Source of the DNA: Octopus sinensis
Taxonomy: Eukaryota
Reading direction: 5' to 3'
NCBI RefSeq assembly: GCF_006345805.1
Contig: NC_043013.1
Location: 9,610,001 to 9,674,000 of the forward strand
Length of the DNA: 64,000 nt
The translations under genes were made by a program, and so were the position numbers. Of this stretch, positions 25,774 through 37,450 are shown piece by piece. The notes under the pieces were generated by a model that worked only from the letters and a program-made list of their open reading frames with translations, ran no database searches and was not told the DNA's origin. The stretch's first letter is position 1, and every line of letters starts with the position of its first letter.

Positions 25774-26394
25774 AATATAACTATTAATTAGTTGTAGATG
25801 TCTGTTTAATGCTATCTGCGCTAGCTTAACAAACAGCGAATTGGAAGAGATGTTAGAGGATTGGGCAGAATAACTTTCAGTACTCGTACCGACGCTCTGC
25901 GTTCCGAGATCATATCCCGCAAAGGTCAGGTTTACTTTTTATCCCTTCGAGATCGTTAAAAATGTACCTGTCTTGGACGTTGAATTACCAAAATTTTTAC
26001 AACATCGGATGTGGATACAAAAGTCATCTTCCCACTTTTTAAGAGGACAAAGTTTGATTGCAGGAAATTTTAGGTGCTGTTTCTAGCAGTTCAAGAGGAG
26101 ATCACATAGAAACCCCTTTCTTTGACTCATACGGTATGTTAGTTAACTGGCAGAGAATAAATATGATATATGAAATAATTAACAGTAAGAAAGACGAGTA
26201 AAAGAATGAGACAGAGGTGTGGAGTGAGCGTTTGTGGACAATTAATGAGAAAATAGCAATTTTTATAGTCATATTTTGGCATTTATAGACGTTATTGAAG
26301 CACTCCACTGAACGGGGAAATATTTGAGCAAATCTGTAAATTTTAGTGACACAAAGAAGGATAGGAACGGAATGGATTTTTTTTTACATTTCAG

Positions 26395-26477
26395 AACCAA
26401 TATACTAAGTTTGAAGCGGAAGATGGCGTCAAGCGGAAGGGAGATAAATCTCACGCATGATATGTCACGTGTCCATC
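26395..26477 (+). CDS. Candidate coding exon (TNILSLKRKMASSGREINLTHDMSRVH), phase 2 to 1
   Basis: Acceptor TTTTTTTTTACATTTCAG|A and donor ATC|GTAAGT are both near consensus. Single open frame, GC/CpG-richer than the flanks. The internal ATG at 26423 (AAGATGGCG) could instead be a start codon. Confidence 0.55.
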
Positions 26478-27075
26478 GTAAGTACGGCTCTCAGAATATC
26501 TAGACGCTATTTCCGAGCTTTGCGTTATCTTTATTATTTTATCCTTTGCTTGTTTCAGTGATGGGACTGCGGCTCTGCTGGGGCACTGCCTTAAAGGGAT
26601 TAGTCGAACAAATCGACCCTTGTACATATTTTTTTTGTGAGTCTGATAATTATTCTATCAGTTTCTTTTGCAAAAGCACAAAGATAGGGGACGTAAATAA
26701 ACCGGCAATGGTTAACAAGCGGGGTTAGCAAACAAGCACGCACACACAAATATACGCGCGTGCGTGTGTAAGTGAGTGTGTGTGTATGTGTGCGTGCATT
26801 TGTGCATGTGTGTGAGTGTGTGTGTATGTGTGTGTTTGTGTATGCGTGTGTGTTTATGTTTTATTGCGTGTGTACGGCAGGCTGTTTTCAGTTTCTGTCA
26901 CGTCTTGCACAATGCTATATTGTCGCTGACGTCGTCGTCGCTAACGTTGAAGGACATTGGTCGCGAAATTTGAAGAAGATCTGGCTGCAGCTTCTGGTGA
27001 CCATGTAGCATCCTTCTATATTATTTCTTTGCTTAAGTTCTTCCTGTAAAAGAGAATGGCTGGTTTCTTTAACAG

Positions 27076-27119
27076 GATTATCATCCACCTCAGTCTCAAA
27101 ACAAAAGCCTGTATCACAA
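27076..27119 (+). CDS. Candidate exon (R-LSSTSVSKQKPVSQ), phase 1 to 0
   Basis: Acceptor GGTTTCTTTAACAG|G, donor CAA|GTGAGA; in phase with the exon at 26395-26477. Confidence 0.35.
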
Positions 27120-27442
27120 GTGAGACCTTTATTATTCCACAATGTGGTGGTACCGATGATTCCAGGCTGGAAGAATGATGATCGAATCCTAGCAAGGAGT
27201 AGTGGTGGGGGCTATAATGATGGTCCGGAGATGCAAGAATGAAGATCGAATACTTGTGAAGACCAGTGGGGTGCAATACTCGATAAATCTTACGAGAGAA
27301 AGGCTCCGAAACGATGCGCATTTTCGTTTAATGACCGCTGGACCTTATAGGCGTCCGGTACGCGGAGCTTTCGGTCGCCAGCATTCGCAGATGCAAGCTG
27401 TACACATATCTCTATCATGAAGTGCAAAGCATATATAATGCA

Positions 27443-27722
27443 TATGAACACATATCACGTGATCATGTGACCGACCAGGCTATGAGATGTTGTTACACAT
27501 CGCAGGTCACAATGCACATTTGCACTGTTTTTAGCCTTCAAACGACGCTGCCTCGCTGGCAAGGCGAGCAGGCCAACAATCCCCCACTCCTGATCGAAGG
27601 GGGACAGGAGCAATGTGAAATAAAGCGTTTTGCTCAAGAACACAACACGCCGCCCAGTCAAGGAATCGAACCCACGATCTAGCGATCGTGAATGCAACAG
27701 CCTAACCATTACGCCACGTGCT
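27443..27722 (-). mobile_element. SINE family C subtype
   Basis: Minus head GCACGTGGCGTAATGGTTAGG..GGTTCGATTCC; the 3' end is shared with 50190-50300. Confidence 0.8.
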
Positions 27723-27758
27723 TCGCTATATATGAACACATAGAGGCTTGAACATATA

Positions 27759-27980
27759 TATTTCTTTATTGCCTACAAGGGGCTAAACATAGAGAGGACG
27801 AACAAGGACGGACAAACGGATTAAGTCGATTACATTGACCCCAGTGCGAAACTGGTACGTTTATTTATCGACCCCGAAAGGATGAAAGGCAAAGTCGACC
27901 TCGGCGGAATTTGAACTCAGAACGTAACGGCAGATGAAATACCGCTAAGCATTCCGCCCGGCGCACTAACGTGTCTGCCA
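27759..27980 (-). mobile_element. SINE family B (B1 tail) with 14-bp TSD
   Basis: GGCTTGAACATATA at 27745-27758 and 27981-27994 flanks the copy. Confidence 0.9.
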
Positions 27981-28712
27981 GGCTTGAACATATAGAGGCT
28001 TGAACAGTTCTGAATTTGTCATATTTCCAATAGCAAAAATAGTTAAATTGTTGTGTCTCCATAATTTTGTCTACCCCCTGTGTAGGAATGTATAAATACC
28101 AAATGAACGAAGGAGGTCATGTGCTGTCTTCTGATCGGCTAGAAGCAGCAGTCAGGTTCCCCTCACCCCCCCCCCCCCAAAAAAAAATGACAACAACCAT
28201 TTTCCTTTCTCTCTTTATTTAAGAAAACAAACAAAAAAAATGAACGACATATTGGACATTTAAAATCTGAGAAAAACTATGTCCAGAAAGATAGGATGAT
28301 CACAGCTTCAACGCCTTCGATTATTGGAGTGATAGATCAACACTGACCTAGGGCTAAACAAATAAAAACAACAATAAGAACAACAACAACAACAACAACA
28401 ACAACAGCAACAGCAACAACATGAATATGAAGGACTTTGAGACACTATAATCGATATTAACAGAGGAAAAAAAATACCCTGAAGACAAAATCAGATCAAA
28501 GATAAACAGACGAATAACAATGGATTTCTAAAATATGAAATCATTGTAAACAAACTGTATCTATAAATATTGATATCAAAATATTATGACTATTGATTTC
28601 TATATTGATAGCTGCCACCCGTGACACACATACATACGACGGAATACGCATATATACATAAATACTAACACATAGATATTCACGTACGTGGGGACACACA
28701 TATACGTACATG

Positions 28713-28745
<33 letters not shown>

Positions 28746-28983
28746 ATACATATATGTATATACATATATATACACACAAATACATATGCATGTATGTATA
28801 TATTCGCAAAGCGAGATGGGTTGGACTGCAAACGATCGTTAGACTGTTTATTAATTCACCTAAGTTGTAATAGAGACAATTCAACAATATTGTTTCTAAA
28901 TATAATAAATATGTACATATATACATACATACATATATATACATATATATATACTCGTATATATACTACTATTATATATACGG

Positions 28984-29015
<32 letters not shown>

Positions 29016-29021
29016 CATACA

Positions 29022-29054
<33 letters not shown>

Positions 29055-29778
29055 TACATACATACACACACGTATATGTATATGCACGTATATACACATA
29101 CACACATACATACGTACATACATATTTGCAGCGAATATTAATACCTAATTATATTAATAATAACACATTTTAAAAATAGTATCACATCATTTTATTTACA
29201 TTTATTTATTTTTTTTAACAACTTCAATCAGAACAGATCGAATTTGATTGAAATCTATGCGGGTCGAATATCTTTTCGTATTTCTTTATTTGATTGATTG
29301 TTCGTTTTGTTTCTTCGCATCTCCGTCAATATTATACATATCCATCCGTTTGTCGATGTTTTATTTGTGTTTATAACTAGTCTCAACGAACTTTAACCGA
29401 TTCCTTAGTCTCTAATTCGCAACTATTATTACGTAACTTTTGTCTTGATCAAAGATCCTAGACCAACCTCAGGAACTATCGATACGGAAGACAGGTAATA
29501 AACAATACCTTAACGTGATCCTTTTGAATAAGCGAATGAGTGCCGCATGTTGGTTATACACTGCACCCTACCCCTAGCATACTTCTGTGCTTTGCGTGGT
29601 TGTGTAGCTGGAGTTACCAATAACGGGCGTTCGATCCCAATACAAGGCATTTTAATCACGTCGGTGATACTAGGATGGCTTCAGGTCGAATGAATACATA
29701 ATCCTACATAACAGATGATTGCAAAATTGTGAGGAAACGAGGAAGCAGTGTGTACACACACACACACAACACACACAC

Positions 29779-29809
<31 letters not shown>

Positions 29810-30162
29810 GACGCGCGCGCATTTATATTAATGCCACCTGGACATGCGGTCCAAGCAATTCGCCTTTTCTAATGGAACTGAAAAACACACACACACACAC
29901 ACACTCACATACACACGTATATATATATATACACACGTAAATGTCGAACGATGAAAGTGAGAGCTCATCACCGCATTGGTGGATAGAATTTCTTTATCTG
30001 TGGATTAAGGCTACCGTTGGGTTGGGTTTACGTTAAGAAAAACAGGAAGACATCTTAATACCTTAAAAATTTTTTCAAGCCCTGCATGTGTATTCATATT
30101 TAGAAGAATGATGCTCGTCTCCACTTTGGATAAACACCAAATACATACATACATACATACAT

Positions 30163-30199
<37 letters not shown>

Positions 30200-30378
30200 A
30201 CATATATATATATATATATAATTTTGTGTGTGTATGTGTATACACACAAAGGATGTTTGTGTTAAATTTGACAATTTGTGTAAAAGGAACAGAAAACACA
30301 TAATCCCGTCCAAAAATAAAAGTATTTAAAAAGAAAGTCAAAAAAATATCATCTGGCTTATGGATGTGAATTAACACT

Positions 30379-31815
30379 TCACTCAAAGTAGCCGCCCTCA
30401 GCTGGCATCACAACCTGAAGATGGCTCCGGCACCTAGCACATGCGTTCCTCACTGTGCCCTGGAAACATTTTCGAACACTTTCTTGGTATTGGTCACTAG
30501 TTTTGCATTGATGTGGCAAGCCGATTGGCTGTCTTTCTCAACAAGGCCCCTCACATTCATCGGTTGACAATCGGGGAAATTAGGAGACCAGAAATCGAGG
30601 CTGTTGTAGTTGTAGAAATTCTCCGGCAACCTCTTCTAACTCGCCGAATCTTGCTGCTACTCATATGGCCTTCCAGCAGCAATCCTCTCCAGCCAGGGTT
30701 TGATCAGAGTCTCCAGAAGCTTCACATAGCCGTCTGACTTGAGCCTAAGCCCTGTTTACAGATGTGGCGCGGAATGACGTCACATTCACTGGAGAAAAAC
30801 CAAAAGAACATCACAGTTTGGGAGATCTTGGCTTTCATAATACGCGGGATATCACACGGATCAAAGGCAAGTAACTTGTTGCTCTGAGTGTTGTACAACT
30901 GGTCCTGGTAGGAGCTCTTAATTCAGAAGAACCTGACCATCTCGGATTCAAACAGGATACCTCAGCTTGTTGATGAGCGTCTTTGCCTTCTCAAGAGGTT
31001 CTCTGTGGCTTTCAACTCTTTTACTCTTTCACTCTTTTAATTGTTTCAGTCATTTGACTGTGGCCATGCTGGAGTAACGCCTTTAGTCGAGCAAATCGAC
31101 CCCGGAACTTACTCTTTGTAAGCCCAGTACTTATTCTATCGGGCCCTTTTGCCAAACCGCTAGGTGACGGGTATATAAACACACCAGCATCGGTTGTCAA
31201 GCAATGCTAGGGGGATAAACACAGACACACATACACACACACATATATACACGACGGGCTTCTTTCAGTTTCCGTCTACCAAATCCACTCACAAGGCTTT
31301 GGTCGGGGCGACGCTGTAGTAGAAAACACTTAACGAAGGTGCCACGAAGTGGGACTGAACCCATAACAATGTGGTTGGTAAGCAAGCTACTTACCACACA
31401 GCCACTCCTGAGCCTTGTCATAGTTTGTCCCTTGCGCCTCTTGTACTTGTGGTACCGCAGGTTCTCATTTAAAGCCAGTTTCATGGAGACGAGTCTAACA
31501 CCCATCTCTCGCCAGAACCGTAAGTCGAAAGACAGTATGTTGGAAGCTCAAACCTTCCAACATACTGTCCAGATATAGAGTTGGGTGATATCCTATGCAC
31601 AGACGTAGTCAGAATGCCTGTTGTGACGCTTCCTGTTGGCTACTGCTCTGTAACCTTCGTTGCAGCTCTCCATGTCACGTCTTACTTCCTTTACAGCATT
31701 CACAGAGCACTGAGCAGCAGTCATTATGTTGATATTTTAATACCCGGTGCGAATCGTCACGAAAGAGGCAAATCTTTTCCAATATTCACCTGGCTTGCAG
31801 TCCTCCATGTCAGCT
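30379..31815 (-). mobile_element. maT/DD37D-like Tc1/mariner transposase relic, split by a SINE A
   Basis: Minus frames give NINIMTAAQCSVNAVKEVRR..RKRHNRHSD, REMGV..KLALNENLRYHKYKRRKGQ, QGLRLKSDGYVKLLETLIKPWLERIAAGRPYE*QQDSA, WSPNFPDCQPM and AEGGYFE*. Many stops and frameshifts. Confidence 0.8.
31016..31410 (-). mobile_element. SINE family A, full length, nested in the transposase
   Basis: Complete minus copy; the transposase reading continues on both sides. Confidence 0.9.
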
Positions 31816-31930
31816 AACTTTTTCTCAACTACAGACTTTAAAACAGTTCTATATTTAAGAGAAGAGGAATTATGTACACCATTTACAATATTTACATTCG
31901 ACGATATGTGTCCTCATCTTGTTTGTTATT

Positions 31931-31976
31931 AACACAACGTTTCGGCTAATATACCCTCCAACCTTCTTCAGGTGTC
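31931..31976 (-). ncRNA. Minimal type I hammerhead ribozyme motif
   Basis: GACAC CUGAAGA A GGUUG-loop-UAGCC GAAAC GUU GUGUU; stem I, core, stem II and ACGU stem III are all present. Confidence 0.7.
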
Positions 31977-32028
31977 TTGGGGGAAATTTCGAACTGGATT
32001 CTCATTCCTAAAGTATTTTTCGCTGTTA

Positions 32029-32083
<55 letters not shown>

Positions 32084-32242
32084 GATTATTATATTATATT
32101 GGTCAAGTCACTGCTTGGAATCGAACTCGGAATCTTGGGTTAGTAGCCCGCGCTCTTAACCAATATTGGTTAATAATAATAATAATAAATAATATCGAAA
32201 AATACCTTAGGAATGAGAACCCAGGTTCGAAATATCCCCCAA

Positions 32243-32288
32243 GACACCTGAAGATGGCTGGAGAGTATATCAGCCGAAACGTCGTGTT
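32243..32288 (+). ncRNA. Minimal type I hammerhead ribozyme motif
   Basis: GACAC CUGAAGA U GGCUG gagaguauau CAGCC GAAAC GUC GUGUU; canonical GUC cleavage triplet. Confidence 0.75.
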
Positions 32289-32777
32289 ATCAACAAACAA
32301 GATGAGGACAAATATCCGTCGAATGTAAATAATGTAAATAATGTACAGACTTTAATATTTTTGTTCTCCATAGCCGCTGACTGTTACCTAGTCATCAAAT
32401 TGTTCCTGACAAAAGGAGACACAATCATCAAACTTAGCCCGAACCCCCTGCATGTGTATTTATATTTATGTACTCATGCATGCGCAAAAACCCATTTATG
32501 GATCATATGTAATGTAAGTACATTGTGTCAAGCAAAATTTACTATAGAATTCCAGCGGCCGGGAATATCAACTCCGGATGTTCTGTATTTAAAAACACCA
32601 ATATGTATGTTAATGCAGAAAGGCTATACATATCCCAGCTGTTGCGAGTGAAAGCGTCAGATTCCCTTCCGTCTCGTAGGGTGTTATCAATAGAGTGTGC
32701 TCATTACTCAGTAGGCTTAAGCAAAAATCCGCCATCACCTACATATACAAAAGCAATGTGCAAATAATCACGGGTGT

Positions 32778-32877
32778 NNNNNNNNNNNNNNNNNNNNNNN
32801 NNNNNNNNNNNNNNNNNNNNNNNNNNNNNNNNNNNNNNNNNNNNNNNNNNNNNNNNNNNNNNNNNNNNNNNNNNNNN
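32778..32877. other. Assembly gap (100 N)
   Basis: Run of exactly 100 N; adjacency and orientation across it are not guaranteed. Confidence 0.99.
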
Positions 32878-33249
32878 TGTATTCATTCTACTATTACTTA
32901 TACACGCAGTTATTTTCTTGTTAGCCTTTTATTAAAGTCCGACTTTATAACGTTTCGTTCCACTACCATCCACTATAGATTCCATTCAGTTCCTGTCCAA
33001 GTTTTCACTATAACCTCGTAAAAGTTTGTTCTAATCATCAATCATGATGGTTGGAAGGTTTTCGGTTTGGTTTAGGTTTGGTTAGATAAAGATATAGCAT
33101 TAAATATATTCACGAACCAAATATAGTACGCTGTAATTAACGCTTGCGTTATTATATGTTATATTTCCTACCTTTTAAGTAAGTAGTGAAATGGTTGGCT
33201 GCGGTATATAAAGCTTACGAATAAACCAAGGCGTGTGACTAAGTAACCT

Positions 33250-33430
33250 TGCAGACTACTACTACTACTACTACTACTACACCACCACCACCATCACCAC
33301 CACCACCACCACCACCACCACCACCACCACCACCACCATCACCACCACTACCACCACCACCACCACCACCACCACCACCACCACCACCACCATACCACCA
33401 CCACCACTACTACTACTGCTGCTACTACTC

Positions 33431-33478
<48 letters not shown>
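33250..33478. repeat. (CTA)n-(CCA)n-(CTA)n array
   Basis: Source of the poly-Pro/Val/Tyr ORFs. Confidence 0.95.
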
Positions 33479-33484
33479 ACGATA

Positions 33485-33832
33485 AGCGTCGCCCTTTTCA
33501 AGCCTAGCCAGGCTCATGGCCCCGGTTTCCCGGTTTCTGTGGCGTATGTGGTCCCTCCCCACCAGCTGGACGGGACGCCAGTCCATCGCAGAAATGCTCC
33601 CCTTTAAAGCTTAACCAGGCTCAAGGGCCCGGTTTCAATGGTGTATGTGTTCCCCAGCTGGACGAGACGCCAGTCCATCACAGCGTTACTCATTTTTGCC
33701 AGCTGAGTGGACTGGAGCATCGTGAAATGAAGTGTTTTGCTCAAGAACAGAACGCGTCGCCCGGTGCAGGAATCGAAACCACAATCTTGCGATCATGATG
33801 CTGACACCCTAACCACTAAGTCACGCACCTCC
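33485..33832 (-). mobile_element. SINE family C with duplicated 3' end
   Basis: Two successive 3' segments (33485-33590 and 33600-33690), then body and head. Confidence 0.85.
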
Positions 33833-33841
33833 ACAACAACT

Positions 33842-33911
<70 letters not shown>

Positions 33912-33934
33912 ACTATACCACTACTACTACCACC

Positions 33935-33964
<30 letters not shown>

Positions 33965-33970
<6 letters not shown>

Positions 33971-34720
33971 TTATTGGGACGCGTGGTACATGGATTGTCG
34001 CTGAGGACTCGCCCTCCTTTGCCAACAGTGTCGATGAAATTTCTACTTTGGCTTTCTGTATAGGAGAAGTGGCTAGCGGGCAAGAGCGATGACAAGTGGC
34101 TTGTCTGAACCAATAGTCTTTCAGAGCGGGGACCATGGGTAATTTCTAGAAATCCCTGGTCTGGAAGTGCTGTCGGCGCACGGTGGCATTGCTAGTTTGA
34201 GATAAACTCTTCCGGTACGAAAATGCAGTTAAACCGAGCCTACTCGAGAAGTGCGCAGAGGGATGAAAGTTTTCTATATTACACTCCATCCAGTATTACT
34301 GATTGGCGAAGTTTTTCAAACACCTGCTGTCACATGTAGGGCGGATCCGGCTATCTGTCGAGCTCATTGGGATGAGGTTTCATTCATCTTCCTTTAGCCG
34401 TGAAATACAGTCACTCTTAATATAGCTAATGGCTTTGGCGAAAGTGGTTGTGGACGAAATTGCAAAAGCTAAAGGCCAGCATCCTCCACTTTGCCGATAC
34501 CCTCGCTGACTTCTTCAAGCTTCATTTGAAAATGAAAGAGAGGATTGAAGAGGAAGTGATGCTTCTAAGTAAAATTTTTGAACGGTAGATGAGAGTGGTG
34601 AAATTCTTCTGATAAAACGACTCTGCTCTGAGCATACACCTATAGATCGGAGGAGCACAACTAGGAGAGGGTAACTGCATTAGTGGTACGATAACCGTGA
34701 TGTTGGATTTTCTCGTGTAA
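33965..34720 (-). mobile_element. Probable non-LTR retrotransposon 3' fragment
   Basis: Minus strand ends CATGTACCACGCGTCCCAATAAA followed by a (TAG)n tail. The upstream 700 bp is GC-balanced and has no intact ORF. Confidence 0.4.
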
Positions 34721-34730
34721 TCCTTATCAA

Positions 34731-34900
34731 AGGCGGCAAGCTGGCAGAATCGTTAACATGCTAGATCAAATGCTTAGCAGTATTTCGTCTGCCGCTACGT
34801 TCTGAGTTCAAATTCCACCGAGGTCGAACTTTGCCTTTCATCCTTTCGGGGTCGATTAAATAAGTACCAGTTACTCACTTGGGTCGTTGTTTATCTGTCC
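34731..34900 (+). mobile_element. SINE family B
   Basis: Head and core present. Confidence 0.85.
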
Positions 34901-35654
34901 TTTTTTGGTGTATTTCAACCAGAAAAATGTTCACTTAAAGAGAATAGTAAGCTACATGATGCAAAATTTTTACTTTTCAAAAATTCCAATTCTAAAGGGT
35001 CGAAACAAACCCGAGCAATGTCGGGCAATACTGCTAGTATGATGATAATTACAGCCTAGAGGAAATTCATGGAATACTTTACCTTCAAAACAAAAAAAAC
35101 AAAAACAAAAAAAATAAAAACAAAAAAAACAACAAAACAAAAACGCTGTAGTCTTAGGAATTGAGAGAAAATGAAAGTTTATAGTGTTTACATACAGAGT
35201 AACAGCAATTTCCTGGGAATTATTTCACCATAAATATTTCATTGCTATTTCTCCTCTCTGTGAATATTATCATGCATATTCAAACGATATTTTCCCGAGC
35301 ATGTTATACCACATAGCTTAGTCTTATATGGTTTCTCTGCTTCCTGTACTGTTTTATGCTTTGAGCTGAAAACTTACTGAAGTTAGCTTTGCCTATAATC
35401 CTTCCGAGGTCAATAGAATAATGCACCTGTCAAATCATTAGAATCGATTTTCCCCACTCTACAAATATTTCTGACTATGTTCCTATAGAAGAAATTATCA
35501 GAAATCATTGTTATTGCAGTCATGGCAATATTGGAAATCAACCTTCGAAGCTTCGTAAATACGTAGATCTAGGTTTAGAGCTAAAAGATTAAATACTTCA
35601 CATGAGCAAAGAACTGGAATGGTCGTCGTCGAAATCGGCGGAGAATCAAGTTAT

Positions 35655-35836
35655 TCTTTTATTCTTTTATTCTTTTATTTGTTTCAGTCATTTGACTGTG
35701 GCCAGGCTGGAGCACCGCCTTTAGTTGAACAAATCACCTCCAGGACTTATTCTTTGTAAGCCGAACCACTAACTTACAGGGACGTAAATAAACCAATATC
35801 GGTTGTGAAGCGATGGTGGGAGACAAACACACAAAC

Positions 35837-35876
<40 letters not shown>

Positions 35877-36038
35877 ACACAACGGGCTTAATTCAGTTTC
35901 CGTCTACCAAATCCACTCATAAGGCTTTGGTCGGTCCGAGGCTATAGTAGAAGACACTTGCCCAAGGTGCCATGCAGCGGGACTGAACCCAGAACCATAT
36001 GGCAGGTAAGCAAGCTACTTACCACACAGCCACTCCTG
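35655..36038 (-). mobile_element. SINE family A, near full length
   Basis: Tail, 3' half, microsatellite, 5' half and head on the minus strand. Confidence 0.9.
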
Positions 36039-36524
36039 CACAACAAATAATTTGCTTAAGAAGCATAGTTTGGAACCATGGTGTTTCAGGTGTTCATTCT
36101 AACAGCATGGTACCTGGAACAGGTGTCTTCGGCTACTATAGATGTGGGCCGACCAATACCTTGTGAATGATGGAAACTGCGAAGTCTGTCTGGCATTTAG
36201 GTGTGTGTGTCTGTGTGTGTATTTATGTGCAGGCGAGCGTCTTCCTGCTTCTGTTGTCTATGTTCTCACATTACTTCCTGCTTCACCGGTGCTGGTTGGT
36301 TTCAGCCCCTATATCTCAGCAGTTTGGTCAAAGCAAAAGATAGAATAAATATCAGGCTTTAAAGAAATCTAATACTAAGATTGATTTGTTCGACAAAATC
36401 GTTGGAAACCACACCCTAGTATGGCCGCAGTTCAATGACTGAAAGAAACAAAAAAAAAATCAAACAAAAAAGCAATAAAGCATAGAGATGATAACTATGT
36501 CACATTAAAAAATAAAATAAATAA

Positions 36525-36771
36525 ATGCGCCCTTTTAAAGCCTAGCCAGGTTCATGGGCTCGGTTTCCCGGTTTCAATAGCGTATGTGTTCCCCAGGTGG
36601 ACGGGACACCAGTCCATTGCAGCGTTACTCATTTTTGCCAGCTGAGTGGACTGGAGCAACGTGAAATGAAGTGTTTTGCTCAAGAACACAACGCGTCACC
36701 CGGTCCAGGAATCGAAACCAGAATCTTACGATCATGATGCTGACACCCTAACCAATAAGCCACGCACCTCC
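36525..36771 (-). mobile_element. SINE family C, full length with TSD
   Basis: Flanked by ACTATGTC(A/G)CATTAAAA at about 36494 and 36772. Confidence 0.9.
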
Positions 36772-37089
36772 ACTATGTCGCATTAAAATACGTATATATG
36801 TGTTTCTATCCACAGAGACAGAATTAAACAATAGAGGACACACTGCAATAGTTCTGATCTACAACTAACAATGCAACGCTATGTTTTTATAATTTTATAA
36901 ATCATATTCTGTCAAACTGTGTTCTGTAAATATGAATTAGATGGGGAAATAAATACAAAAGTAATATTGTGCTTATGATTTTGCACAAGTATTATAGTAT
37001 AACTGAATATGAATAGCGTACACAAGATTTATTTATGTTCAACAAATGAATGAATTTTATAAAAGCATATAAATCTATATACATACACA

Positions 37090-37110
37090 TATACATGCAT
37101 ACATATATAA

Positions 37111-37141
<31 letters not shown>

Positions 37142-37450
37142 TGTACGTATGCATGCATGTATGTATGTATGCATGTATGCATGTGTGTATGTATGTATGT
37201 ATGTATGTATGTATGTATGTATGTATGTATGTATGTGTGTGTATGTATGTATGTGTGTATGTATGTATGTATGTATTTATGTATGAATGTGGGTATGCGT
37301 ATGTATGTATGTATGTATGTATGTATGTATGTGTATAGTATGTATGTGGGTATGCGTATGTATGTATGTATGTGTGTATGTATGTATGTATTTATGTATG
37401 AATGTGGGTATGCGCATGTATGTATGTATGTATGTATGTATGTATGTATG
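37090..37450. repeat. (TATG)n microsatellite with higher-order periodicity
   Basis: The ATGAATGTGGGTATGCG variant block recurs three times. Confidence 0.9.

Larger units (their letters stand above)
31842..32343. mobile_element. SINE family D inverted composite (minus near-full copy plus headless plus-strand copy)
   Basis: Minus arm 31842-32162, plus arm about 32167-32343. Junction palindrome TTAACCAATATTGGTTAA at 32156-32173; TSD TACAGACTTTAA at 31830 and 32344. Confidence 0.85.

Noticed and set aside
28085-28150. Strong acceptor and open frame MYKYQMNEGGHVLSSDRLEAAV
   Set aside because: The acceptor is part of a Tc1-like terminal sequence (minus TACACAGGGGGTAGACAAAATTATGG), the body resembles a dispersed repeat, and the donor is weak.
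31461-31519. Apparent plus-strand exon FSFKASFMETSLTPISRQN with CAG|G and GTAAGT
   Set aside because: It lies antisense within the maT-like transposase (KLALNENLRYHKYKRRKGQ), so the sites are most likely cryptic.
32547-32590. Peptide NSSGREYQL echoing ASSGREINL of the 26395 exon
   Set aside because: Only a short match, the frame closes after 14 codons, and the splice sites are weak; probably coincidence.
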